Positions 48,501 to 58,869 of a DNA stretch of 64,000 nt are shown here, piece by piece. A program made the translations under genes and the position numbers. Source of the DNA: Leptogorgia sarmentosa (taxonomy: Eukaryota); the NCBI GenBank assembly GCA_964658305.1, contig OZ210885.1:20212001-20276000 (forward strand), in the 5' to 3' direction. The notes below the pieces were generated by a model, which saw only the letters and a program-made list of their open reading frames with translations, was not told the origin of the DNA and made no database searches. How positions within the stretch are numbered: the first letter of the stretch is position 1; each line of letters starts with the position of its first letter.

Positions 48501-51500
48501 AGTTTTCATTGTAGTTACCGACGTTATCATAGTCAGCCATTCGGTTCTAAATTGTCTAACACATGTTTACATCAAGACATAGACTAACACGAAATTCAAC
48601 GCGCAGAAAATTGTAAATTTCCGATAGAGAAAAAATCGCACTAGCAGGTTTTATTATCCTTCTAAAAGTATTATGATACCTACTAATGACCCACAGGTTC
48701 TGAGCTTTCTGCAACCTAGAACCTAGGTGAAATGAATTAGCATTCACCACAATGTATAATTAAGATAATCAAATTATGTCATACCAAAGAACAACATTTT
48801 TATACATCTATAAAATTTTTATTTTACATTTTTTACAACAACATGTACAACTGTATTATATGTAGAATGTAATATTATTTAGCAATATGGTATTAGCAAT
48901 ATGTTATTACGGTACCATATTTATGAACAAAGTACCAAGTTGTGAACAAAGTTAAAATATAATTGCTGTTTTTACAGAAAAATTGTATTTGCAATTTTCT
49001 GGCATTCTCCAAATTTACTGCTGTAGCAAAATAATGCAGCTATATTACCGGTGTTGCTAAGTAAATGTACTAATGGTCAATTCTTGTATATAGTTTATTT
49101 AGTGTTCAACTGTAGTAATGCATTGGTAAAAACAATGCCACTAAATTCAGGAGCATATGAACCATGGGGGCTGCAGCCCCCAATAATTATTAATGTTGGG
49201 GGAGGGGGGAGAGGGAATATCTTTCGATCCCCAAATAATTATTTGATAAACCATCGTTGCAGAAAATATTCCAGTTTGAAAGCACTAGTTTTTCACATTG
49301 AATTTGTATCAGTCAAATATTTGTGTTCAATAGAGTAATAACAACATTTTACGTTCAAGAAATGTTGAAATAATTTATTGGGGCTAGTTTTCGTAATGCT
49401 CCCAAATGCAATCGTGTTCCTACGCCCCTGAGCAAATTAATTTACTACCAATGATGTAGTAAATTCTAAGCAAATTGAAAATTTGGAAAAATACTTAGTA
49501 ATAGCGAAGTACGTTCATTATTGTTATTTAGAAATATGATATTCTGAGTTTATTAGCACGCGAGTGCCAAGTGCTTTGTAAAAATAGCTGCAATAGGAAA
49601 ACGGCTCGCGCTCTTTGTCAGTAAGTCATTGCAAGAAGAACGTTCTGGTGGTCTTTATAGTACAGCAAACTTTCCGATAATATATGCACGTAGAATGTCA
49701 ACATATACGCCGTGAAAGTCAAGATTCTCAACCAGATATGTGCGACACGATGGCATAGATATTTGGAACTTCAAAGCATTATCGTTGTCTGAAAACACTA
49801 AAACTTAACCCCATTTGATAACAGCCATGGTCATATTCAGCCCATACCAGTATAAATTGAACTTTTTATTTCAACCTTCGTAAATTCTATTGTTTTAGCC
49901 ATATACATTGCATCGGATTTTCTTTGTTTACATTATTAAATTATGTTTCCAAAATATCCATGCGTTATTCCCGCACGAATCCCGCAGCGATAGTCGGCAT
50001 TATTGATCTCCAAACAGCCAATGATACTTGAGAACTCATTCGATTTCCCCAGAGCCATGCCCACACCTAACCTGCGAACGGGCATGCTCTGGGAACGAGA
50101 TTGTATGATACTATGCTTCACTTTAATCATGAAAATTTTCAATTATTCATATACTTACGTACCTCTAGAAGTTACAACTATGCAAGACTCATCCAAGGGA
50201 ACTGAAACAATTGTATCTTTTTCCTTGCAGAACAAACACATCTTACATAGGGCAAAAGGTGGACATCTTTCTATTAACAAGAATAAAATATCAAACAATA
50301 TAAATGAGAAAATTTTGTCTAACTGCAAGCATTCTTGTCACCAAAAAAATTTCCTTTAAATAGTTGATATTTTCAAGTGCACTGGATTTTTGTCTCTACA
50401 CATACAAATCTCTTTTGCGCTTACATAATTCTCTTCTTTTATACAGTACATTCTACATCATTCAACTTCATGTACCGGTATCATAAAAGAGTTACCCAAA
50501 TGAAAAAGGGAGTGAGTCGATGACCACACATTTCCTGTGTCAAAAATTTAAAAAATGCAACCGACAGCCTCATTTTCATTATTTTACAGTAATATTTACA
50601 ATGGAATTTAATTTAACTTACTAACAAATCCTAAGGAGCCATCTTCTAATACAATTGTCGTAGGAGGAACTGCTTGAAAAAATCCATTCATCCAAACATC
50701 ACGGTCATGTAGGGTGTTTGTTTCATGAATCTTCTCGTCACAGGCCGAGCACAGTAAAACCCTTGGTCCACATTGATGACATCTTATTACTGCATGTCCT
50801 TCATGACATGAAAAGCAAGTTGCATCAGGAGAAGGGACAGCATGGCTTCTAAGAAGGGCATCAAATATGGATGATCTACTGCTTTCCCAGCTTGCATCAA
50901 CTGACATCATTCTTTTTGTCCATGCTGACAGACTATTGGATTCCATCTCTTCTGTCATTTGATTGCATGCCTCAATACAGTCACTTAGACTTTGTGAAAA
51001 ATATTTGACAAAGACCTTGTACACTAGGTTGGAAAACTTGCATTTTCTATTTACAGCTCGCACTCGCAGTTGATCCTGAACAATTTGCAGCTCCAATTTG
51101 GTGTTCAGTTGCTGCTACAGTATGTGTTGTGGCAGTTGTGCACTGCAGGGGAAAAACATGTTTTTCTAACCTACGTAGCTAGCAATTGCACAAAGTAACT
51201 GACTCAAGTATGGATTAAGATTAATGATTATAAGAAAGGGGTCTACGTTTTTAATCTTTCAGTTGAACAGCCTGAACAAGGATTATAATAAAAAAAAACA
51301 ATTCAGACCTGTTGCTGTCTCCACGCCGCTTGAACTTGAAGATTCTTCTTCCATATATAACTCAGATGGGTCGTCTACAAAGTTAAATGAACATCATCGT
51401 CACATATAATTCCATATGTACAGTTCTAAGTAGGAACCTACTATATATTCAGAGCTACCTTCTATCGGAGTAGATTTTGCAACGCGTTGTTTTGAAGCAC

Positions 51501-51705
51501 GTTCGGCCGTCGATTGATATTTATACCCTTTGCCCGATGGAACCTTTTTACCAGAACCATCATACGAATTAAAAAACTTTGTTAATTTTTTAGGCTTAGA
51601 TGTCTTGAAATTCTTAGCCACTTTTTGTAATTCTTCAAGGCTAGCTTCCAAACTTTGTGTTGGTTTGGATCTACGACGCTTTCCCTCTCCTTTAGCGGTT
51701 GCCAT
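33521..51705 (-). CDS. KDZ-family transposase with N-terminal Cys clusters (B-box-like/CxC3-like), ~16 exons
   Basis: Approximate exons 51705-51459, 51374-51310, 51143-51015, 50990-50622, 50272-50163, 38272-38034, 37490-37311, 37183-37087, 36989-36642, 36458-36341, 35830-35739, 35654-35528, 35271-34884, 34627-34468, 34370-34207, 33787-33521. Motifs GYWPGSP, CPCC..HVDGNAKLYR, LDETGLEVAGCRH, GELFGY, QDVVCKYWPW, MHGKAHIWSCQ, GEEVEQINS, WNKQK. Confidence 0.88.
35880..36170 (+). mobile_element. Penelope-like element terminal fragment with a degenerate minimal hammerhead motif
   Basis: ccgatgaagggccttcgctcgaaacgtcg at 36050-36078 resembles CUGAUGA-stem II-GAAAC-GUC; boundaries approximate. Confidence 0.55.
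36259..36342. repeat. exact 42-bp tandem duplication at a KDZ splice donor
   Basis: atatgtaatatataatttatatacaatttataatgaatacct x2. Confidence 0.9.
38698..40536 (+). CDS. RecQ-like SF2 helicase of AcademH (exons 38698-39203 and 39369-40536, ~557 aa)
   Basis: LPTGYGKS, ISPLNALMRDQV, VVVDEAH, W|NSFRPAY across the intron, TAT, TIAFGIGID, QEIGRAGRDG, Cys-rich RQC-like tail. Confidence 0.93.
44548..47873 (+). mobile_element. non-LTR retrotransposon, CR1/L2 group (Crack/Daphne-like), single ORF, (AAT)n tail
   Basis: APE+RT ORF; (aat)n at 47856-47876; removing it restores the Academ exon (...RVKE|FFNLQDY...) with an AATT overlap. Confidence 0.9.
44579..47689 (+). CDS. LINE ORF: hydrophobic leader, 2A-like motif, AP endonuclease, reverse transcriptase
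   Basis: Likely start acaacATGGCG; GDIESCPGP; HQNIRSL, LSETH, GGGVGMY, LGDFN, SDHD; FIDLSKAFD, GVPQGSILGP, YADD; uninterrupted frame. Confidence 0.95.
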   Translation: MAACRVVAFATISIVIMSTVLMPRKWSFCSSDSFPLWLNIGCHKEGLNETFTYSSLYVYRQQRGIAMKCQQRSLLAVLLLMCGDIESCPGPSSLTREQFGSFLLNKGMKFVHQNIRSLTSNFDMLQEFVASHGKIDLITLSETHISSDETGHEGLYALRGYVFLTRNRDYGRGGGVGMYVKDGITFKRRSDLENSTAIECLWIEIFLKNAKSFIVGCFYCPPETSKYHQSNFNDLLQDHLHTIDKENKETILLGDFNVNYNDTSPNTMFKTIVKLFGFKQLVKKCTRLTETSSTTIDLILSNAAQNISAVDVVATSLSDHDMVACIRKINHQRYNPRTIKCRDYKNYDHNELCADMINIDWQPLYEIPDVNKALDYLNNILGETFSKHAPLIEKRVKGRKCEWLTSELKLLLSERDKLLRKARRTKDPADWQTYKSSRNKCTNEVRQAKAKFHRNLLNEKSGDPKKFWDCIKNIFPNKTSKSMLSPLSRDDSTVRANGFSNYFKNVICSLKTKTIPLVDFAWRYIKPPSVKTDKRFHFKCVSKVQIEHELRSLQRTKATGIDELPPGMLKDCAKCISGPLCYVINLPIKSCTVPSLWKIAKIVPIYKSGDANLLENHRPISVLPVLSKLIEKAVHKQLLDYLEGNNLLNNCQYGFRKHRSTKLAATLLCDNIRRELDSGKLVGALFIDLSKAFDTIGHGILLKKLESYGVMGNELTWFTDYLFNRNQIVEINNVHSDMEPIVCGVPQGSILGPLLFIVFFNDIADRIQHSNVITYADDTVVYYSSNDVNVIQDILNLEMENIGNYCRENELLLNLKKGKTESMLFGTSKRISKYGKDLKIQYQNTEISFVKEYVYLGNTVDSHLLMNTNFDCAYKKASGRLRLLQNVRKYLTVDAALKIFRMIILPILTYSSTVKMTITETQKEKLSSLQNRAKSIIRSEDVPNIMDVIKYESCLLVKKCLQQETHNPIFDEYFTMISHEKGTRNNNCMLRLPRVKLQVAKQSFYFGGAKLYNALPLDIRSAQTFEKFRKGLKEQF
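49148..49430. mobile_element. old hAT-type MITE inside AcademH
   Basis: caggagcatatgaac ... gttcctacgcccctg with gggggctgcagccccc subterminal palindrome; flanks actaaatt/agcaaatt (6/8). Confidence 0.65.
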
Positions 51706-53502
51706 TTTGAAACACGCATCCGCGGCATTTGCAATCGTAGTGTCCTGGGTCCGAAGCCACCGATGCACGTTGTATTGCCAATAAATGGTAATTTAGGAGC
51801 ATTTGACATATACCTATTATTGGTAATCTAGTACTGAGGATGTGTTGCCCAGCCAGGGTCTCTCCTCACCTTGGGATGCCATAGGAGAGAGCCTGGGTAC
51901 GAGGTTGCATGATCCTTTGCTTTCTTGCCTTCCTTCAAATATTTTTCAGCTTTAGCTGTAGGTTCCTGTCTTTGTTTCGAAGAATAATGCCAGCCTACGT
52001 CTTTGCCATTGCTTCACAGATTGACCACTACCATATAATCTGAAAAAACATTCATGAAATAAAGTGAAAGGACTAAATTACTTTAAAGAACATGTCTGCC
52101 TCAGTAAGTAAGAGCCAAAAAGAGATAGGTGCTATACAAATAGCTTCATTCAAAATCCAAAATGGATTTATTAATTGCCCTCTAGCTTTAACTATACTAC
52201 AAATCTACATGGAGTAGTGTATACCTTGGTCTAGCTTAAAAATGCAGTATCTTTCATTTGCTCTTCAATGTTTTCCTTCACTTTCCTGTATTGTTACCGT
52301 CTCTGTTCCTGTTTTTCTTCAATACTATCCTTGTTTAATTTCTGGTTTGTGACATCATTCCTTTGTCACGTGTCATGATCACATGAACACTACGATATGA
52401 AATGCAATAGCGCACTGCGCGCATTATGTTTTTTTTGTAGAGCACATGGTTAGAGCTCTGCAATTTTATGTTATATTAATAAATGTTCCTCTTGTAAATT
52501 CCACCGTCATGAGTTTAACAGAAGACTTGCGAAAATTCCACTTCATAACAATGGAGAACCTTGAGAAGGTTTGTATGGTACTTGTTGAAAGTAATGTTAA
52601 AGTTGTTCCTCCCATCTTCCTTGTTGTTGAAACTAGTATTAAATAGCTGGTATTGCTCATGTTTTAATTTGTTCTCATTCACCTTTGTTCTCATTCATGC
52701 CATGTATCTGGACATGCGAAAGTGCCAAACATTTTTGCTTATGGGTCAAGAGCATTTCTCAAACTCCTCATCCTAATTTCATGGTATACTGTATACACTA
52801 TGATTTTGAAATTCCTGCGAATTTTTATTTTCACAGATTTCAATTTACCACTGTAGAAACCATTTTGTTTTTTTTATTTTACTTATATTTTTTAAATATT
52901 AGTGAGAGCATTCACCGCACATTGAGTGCTGGTTGTGCAAAGAATTGTTTGTTTTGCAGTATAATTTTGCTATAAAAAATCAACATTTATTATTATTTGT
53001 ATTTAAATTTGTATCGGCATGGTGGAAAACGCGGGTAGCAGATACCGGGTAGCAGATCGCGAGTACCAGAATTGCTATCGCATATATGATTTAGAATAGA
53101 TTTACAATGGTTGAAAAACATCACATAGTTTGTATGACTAAAGGCTGCAAAATGTCTGCCAAGCTCGGCCACTTTAAATTCAAACAAATGTTGCATAATA
53201 TATCGTTATTTACACATTCCAGTGACCAGTGTCGGTTGTTTGTCTCGGTATAACCCAAGCAACCTTTAGCTTGCACGCTCGCTCAATCCACACCTGATTA
53301 TATATATATATATATATATATACAGGGTGAATAAAAAAAAGTTTACTCATGAAAAACATTCCCTAAACTAACGAGCGCTCAAAATTTCCAAAAACGTTTG
53401 GTTAGCATGGGTAGTTTAACACCCTCTGATATATCTAGCACTAAGTTTATTTTAAAAACAAACTTTTTTAGAATGTTAAATCTGGTTACTGTAAGGCCCA
53501 TT

Positions 53503-53888
53503 AAAAACGCCTTGCGTGGAAAAAAAAGTTTCTTCACACAATTTGATTTAATTGGATGAAAATATGAAGTATGATATACAAGCTATTCAAGTTTTGAGAC
53601 ATTTGGTGCACGCTGAGGTGAACGTGCGATGTCCGAATTTCTTCGCGTAATTACGGACCTTTGGGAATTAGCTTGCAATTTGCATTGGTAATTATGCAAA
53701 TATCCAATTATGCATAAATTAATTGGTAATCACGCAGGAAAGAACGCAAAATCCAGTTTTCTGACATCGCATGTTCGTCTCAGCGTGCACCAATTTCCCA
53801 AAACTTGAATAGCTTGTATATCATACTCCATATTTTCATCCGATTAAATCAAATTGTGTGAAGAAAACTTTTTTTCCCGTGCATTTTT
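53503..53888. mobile_element. ~380-bp foldback element
   Basis: Arms >120 bp: aaagtttcttcacacaatttgatttaat...tatacaagctattcaagtttt...ggtgcacgctgag and its reverse complement. Confidence 0.85.
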
Positions 53889-56800
53889 AATGCAACATAA
53901 GCTCCACCTCTAAATTTATTATATCAATAAATTCTTGAACACGTCTGAATTGATCAATATAATAAATTTGCGACACATGGACGAGCACTTCTCCTCGGAA
54001 ACTGGGTCTCCTGGTTATTATAAATCTGAAAAAATTAAAATGGTGGAGAACACACGTAAGAAAAAACTCCCTTCCATGGATACACTTATTGAGCAAGGTA
54101 AACAAATTTTAGGAAAGGCAAAAAAGAAAAGAAGAGCTGTTCATTATGAATACAGCACAGATCCATCAACTGGTCGAAGGAATTGTAAAAATACCTATAA
54201 GCCGAGATATTATAATCGCGTCAGATTATCTAACGATAACGACCAGTCAAGTATGCTTCAAGGTAACTGTATATAACTATATTAAAACAGAAAACGCACA
54301 CCTGTAAATGGGTCCTAATGTCATCACTATTAGGCTTTCGTTTATTTCCTTTCATGCAATTTTAGTGCCTGACTCAGAAGTAAGTTCATTTGAGGAATTT
54401 CAGCATGATTGTGATTCAGATATGGATACACCGAATACTTCTGTAGAAAGTAAGCAATTAGTTAGTAGTAAATTACTACTAACTTTTTAGCCAAATTTGT
54501 TGAATATGATAAAGAAACCTTTTGTAGGCAAAGTGGACTCTTTAATGTTGTATTAAATTTGTGTGTATTTTTACAATACACCCAAATCTGTACTACACTC
54601 TAATCTAGTGCTATATTGTTACAATAATTACTGGTTGATGTAAAGGTTGACAAGTGGCTGGTCCTGGTTGGGCCAGCTGAATAACGAGTTTCAGTTATAG
54701 TCCCCAAACATTCAGTTCACTTTGGTCTATGTTTCCTGCAATTCATTACATCAAGTTTTTATATTTCCAATAGACATATCCTTCAGCCTAAATTTTATTT
54801 TGACAACAATTGATTAATTAAATTCCTTCATGATGCCAGAGCCAGGACTTGGTGGCAGTTTTCCCCTACTTTCCTTTCAATTGTTATCATGTAAACTAGT
54901 TTTTTGTACATAATTCCTATATGTCATGTAGATTTGACAATGAATGACGTTCTTGCTGATGCAAAGAAATTATTGAGCAACTGGAAATGTGGTGGTCAAC
55001 GAAGGAAGGGAACCTGGGATGAAAGGCAAAATTCACTTAATGAGAGCTGGGAAGAAGTCAGGAATGGTTTAATGGAAGTCTTGCTCCAGAGTAAATTTGC
55101 TGTAGGGAGTTCTGAGGATTTCTTGTGTGAGAGCTGCAGTGATGCCAGCGCAGTTATCCGATGTGAGGACTGTAATGTGAACAGATATGTCTGCGGAAGT
55201 TGTGATGTAGACATCCATAAATGCCAACCATTTCATGACAAAGTTGCAATTTTAAATGGCTTTCATGAACCAAATACTTCAACAGTCTCAATTAACAGCA
55301 AGGAGGAATGTTCTACTGTCGGTAAATATATTACAACTTAATAAGCAAGTATAATATATACTAGCTGTACTTCTTAGTTTGTGACTCAAAATTTGATAAT
55401 AGTGATGCTCACTATTTAAAGTCAATAGCAAATGAAATTTAGTAGTGTATCCACTGTAATGAATTTGCATCATTTTCTAAATTAAAAATGATTTGTGTCC
55501 TCACCCTAGCAGTTTAAAAATTTTCTTGAAAATAATTTTCTTTTTTGTAGAGCGATTCCTGCCACCACGTAATGTATTTTGTCCTACATGCCTGTCTCCT
55601 TGTACCAAGTCATACAATGACAAAAGTACACATTGCATCGCTGTAACATTAAAAGGTATGCTCACTATGCTGTCTCATATTTGTTATTTTTTTAAAGTCT
55701 GCTTCTAAATCTTGATTGGGGTTTTGGTTCTAATAAATAACTACAGCTGTGAGGTATAATGAAGAAATGTCCACATTGTGTTTAATAATTTTATAATATT
55801 ATAAAGTAGGCAAAAACAACTTAGGAAAACAAATTACTTTTTTGTTACCTTTACTTTTTGTGACCTTTTGGTTACAAGTTTTTAGTTACTATATGTAGCA
55901 TTTAAGGTTTTATTTTGCCACTTATGTATGCTAATTGTCTGAACATTTTATATATTTATTAGTATATCGCAGCACTCGATATCTGGATCCTTGAATGTGG
56001 TGTACTATATAAAATTATATATGTGTCAATAACTTTTGGTCGTTTTCGTTTTGCGTCAGTTTTAATCATTGCAATTGTCCTAAAAATGTTGGGTTCAATG
56101 GTTCATTGCAGCTTAATAGGTTGAAAAATTTCTGCATGGTCAGAATATTTCTGACTTACTTCATTTTAAATTGTTAAAATTATACTCTATAGGTTACCGA
56201 TGATTCTAAGTGTGGCGACTCCATTTGGCGTGCTGCCCACAATTCCTTGAGGGGAAAGAAAAACATTGATGAAACTGGACTGGAAATTGCTGGTTGTCGT
56301 CATAGTGTTGCCCAACATGCAGTGAGCATGAAGCATGGAGAAGCGTACGATTATGCACATTATATGCAATTGGAATATTACGTTCTACGTGCAACTCAAT
56401 TCTTCTGGTACGATGTTATTTGCAAGTATTGGCCTTGGCTCACTAAAAATGACATAAATACATGCCAGAAGATGAAACCTGCTCTTTCTGTTATGCATGC
56501 AAAAGCACATGCATGGCATTGCCAGGTGAGGTTCGATGTGTTCAGTTGTGTGTTAGTGGCTAATTTAAGTGCAAGTGTTCAATTTGTTATTGTTTGCAGG
56601 TAATTTGGGGAGGGCGATGGCAAGCTGGTGCTTTTGCAACAACAGGAGAAGAAGTGGAGCAAATCAACAGCCATTTTTCACGCTTAGGGTGCACTACCAA
56701 ACACATGTTACCAGAAGGCAAGCACAATGCACCAGAATTATTTACCTCGCACAAAGTACAGTTACTACAGTATAAGTTTTTAATTTCAGTATAATTATCT

Positions 56801-58082
56801 ATATTGACTTTTTGAACATATAGGACGAGAGGAATTACTCACCGAGCATGCATTGGACTGGAATAAGCGGAAAATTAAGAAACGGCCATGTCTTTTAGCT
56901 GGACGATATGCAAAAGTAATTACTTCTTCAATTTATTAATCGTTTAAGAGTGCGGAAGTGTTGTATTATTTCCTTTTTAATCATTTCTGTGGGTAGAATG
57001 CAGTCAGTTTCGTTGCATATCCTCTCCCTATTTGTAATATGTGCCCCAAGCATGTATTGTGTTTCGTTTTTTTGAGGGAACATCGAGCTACTGGTTGTGT
57101 ATCAAAACGTTTAATTTGATTTCAGACCAAAGAGAAAATAGCCAATGTGCAGAAAGAATTAGAAAGCTTCTTAGAGAAACTCGAAGTGCCGAATTGTAGT
57201 ATGGAATTGACATTAAAAAAATGGAAAGAAGATATCTTAGCTGCTAAAGGTAAGTATGTAAAAATCTTTGTGCTATTGTTTATTATACAGCGCACGAGCT
57301 CACAATCATCGGACAATAAGCATTAATTGTCATATGGCTAGCGTTTCTGAGCCTTTCCATGCACATTATTATACATATTAGCGTATTTTAATTGGCTCCT
57401 AAGCGATCGGTGATCAGCAGTACAAATCGCTAAGAAGCCCTGCTCGTGAAAAAATAAATCTTATTCAAAATTTAAATTCGATGTTTTTATGACACTTCGA
57501 ATGATCAATTTGTGTCCTAAAATAAATTCAACATTGATAATAAATAGCTTATCGACCGCGAGATTGTTCGAAGTACGGTTCGAAGTGTATACAGTATCCT
57601 CCAGTACAGACCTCTTGCTCTATCAGTAACATATTTATATTTATCAAGTACAGCCTAAATTACGATATTGTGTTCATTGTTTTTTCAAATTTATAATTTT
57701 TTTTACTGGATGGAGCATCAACAATTAGAAGATATATTCCATTTCTACGGGGGAGGTGGAATACATATGCCACTTACTAACTTTAAGTGTATTGACACCA
57801 AAACAAAAGGCTTTGTTTGACTTCGCTGAAATTATTTATAAGGGAAAATCTAAACAGTTTCAGCCCAAGATCTGCAACAATCATTCTGTTGGTGAGAGTG
57901 TTTTGGAAAGTAAAACGTTGGAATATTTGAAATACCATATGGAATGCCATATGGTAATCACAACGTAATATCTCATCTAGCGTTTAACATGGCAAAACTT
58001 GCAGGTGGTTTAACTATCTGTTTGTTACATACATTTTTCTTGTTAACGGCTTGTAACATATCTCTGTGTTTTGTCTGTAATA

Positions 58083-58238
58083 AACCTTGTGCCTAATGAC
58101 ATTTTGTTGCGCTGCGTGACTACTACTACCAGCATGCTTTACCGGAATCGTAATAGAAACGACTACAAATACTCCCAAAGCATGCTGGTAGTAGTGGTCA
58201 TGCAGTGAAACAAAACGTCATTATGCATAAGGTCTATT
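58083..58238. mobile_element. ~155-bp foldback MITE in a KDZ-2 intron
   Basis: gactactactaccagcatgcttt / aaagcatgctggtagtagtggtc plus flanking arms. Confidence 0.8.
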
Positions 58239-58869
58239 CCGACCAATGTTATTTTTTTAAGATTCTTCAAAGCAGCAAAAAAAGTTGAGGAGAAAAATCA
58301 GCAAAGAAAAAGAGAGCCTCCAATCCTTATTTGTAAATTATAACAGAGTTGTGGACAAGGCAATTAGCACTATGGAAGAAATTTTAAATGGACAATTTCC
58401 ATGGAGATTCCAGCCAGTTGATGAGTGAAAGTAATTACCGTATTTATGCAAGATGTACTGTATAAAAAAAGTTTATAGGTGTATATTTATGTACTATATT
58501 CATGCATTACTATATTTTATCTATATATCGCAGTATCTTTGGTAACGAAACGATCAGCAGTGGACAAGTTTATGGAACTTAAACGATTTGAGGAGGAAGT
58601 AAAAGTAATCGAGTAAGAAATGTTTAAGTACTTGGAATATTACACCAAGAAATGTCTCCCAGCACTTTATAGCGAACGTGCCAAATTGGAAAATCTGTTA
58701 TACGGTAATGATGTTGCTAAATATTTTAAAATTAGCTCAAAACAATCTCCTTTGTTCTCGTTGTACAGTGCCTGTATATATTTTTTTCGGTCATCACTTT
58801 CGTACTTCTACTGTCAGTGCAATTTTCTGTTCTATTTTTCAACACGTAGATGGAGGCAGCAACTGTGGC

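Larger units (their letters stand above)
38465..50103. mobile_element. AcademH DNA transposon (helicase-encoding Academ) in a KDZ intron
   Basis: ~66-bp TIRs caatctcgttcccagagcatgcccgttcgcaggttaggtgtgggcatggctctggggaaatcgaat; perfect 9-bp TSD TATGATACT (38456-38464, 50104-50112); convergent RecQ-like helicase and transposase. Confidence 0.95.
21839..51847. mobile_element. ~30 kb KDZ-family DNA transposon with 131-bp TIRs and 7-bp TSD
   Basis: 21839-21969 and 51717-51847 are reverse complements with 2 mismatches (termini CAACAC...GTGTTG); CCCAGCC flanks both sides (21832-21838, 51848-51854); encloses a KDZ transposase whose ATG is 11 nt inside the right TIR. Confidence 0.9.

Noticed and set aside
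53298..53322. (TA)n microsatellite followed by a CAGGGTG end as a full Tc1 element
   Set aside because: No matching right end or transposase found.
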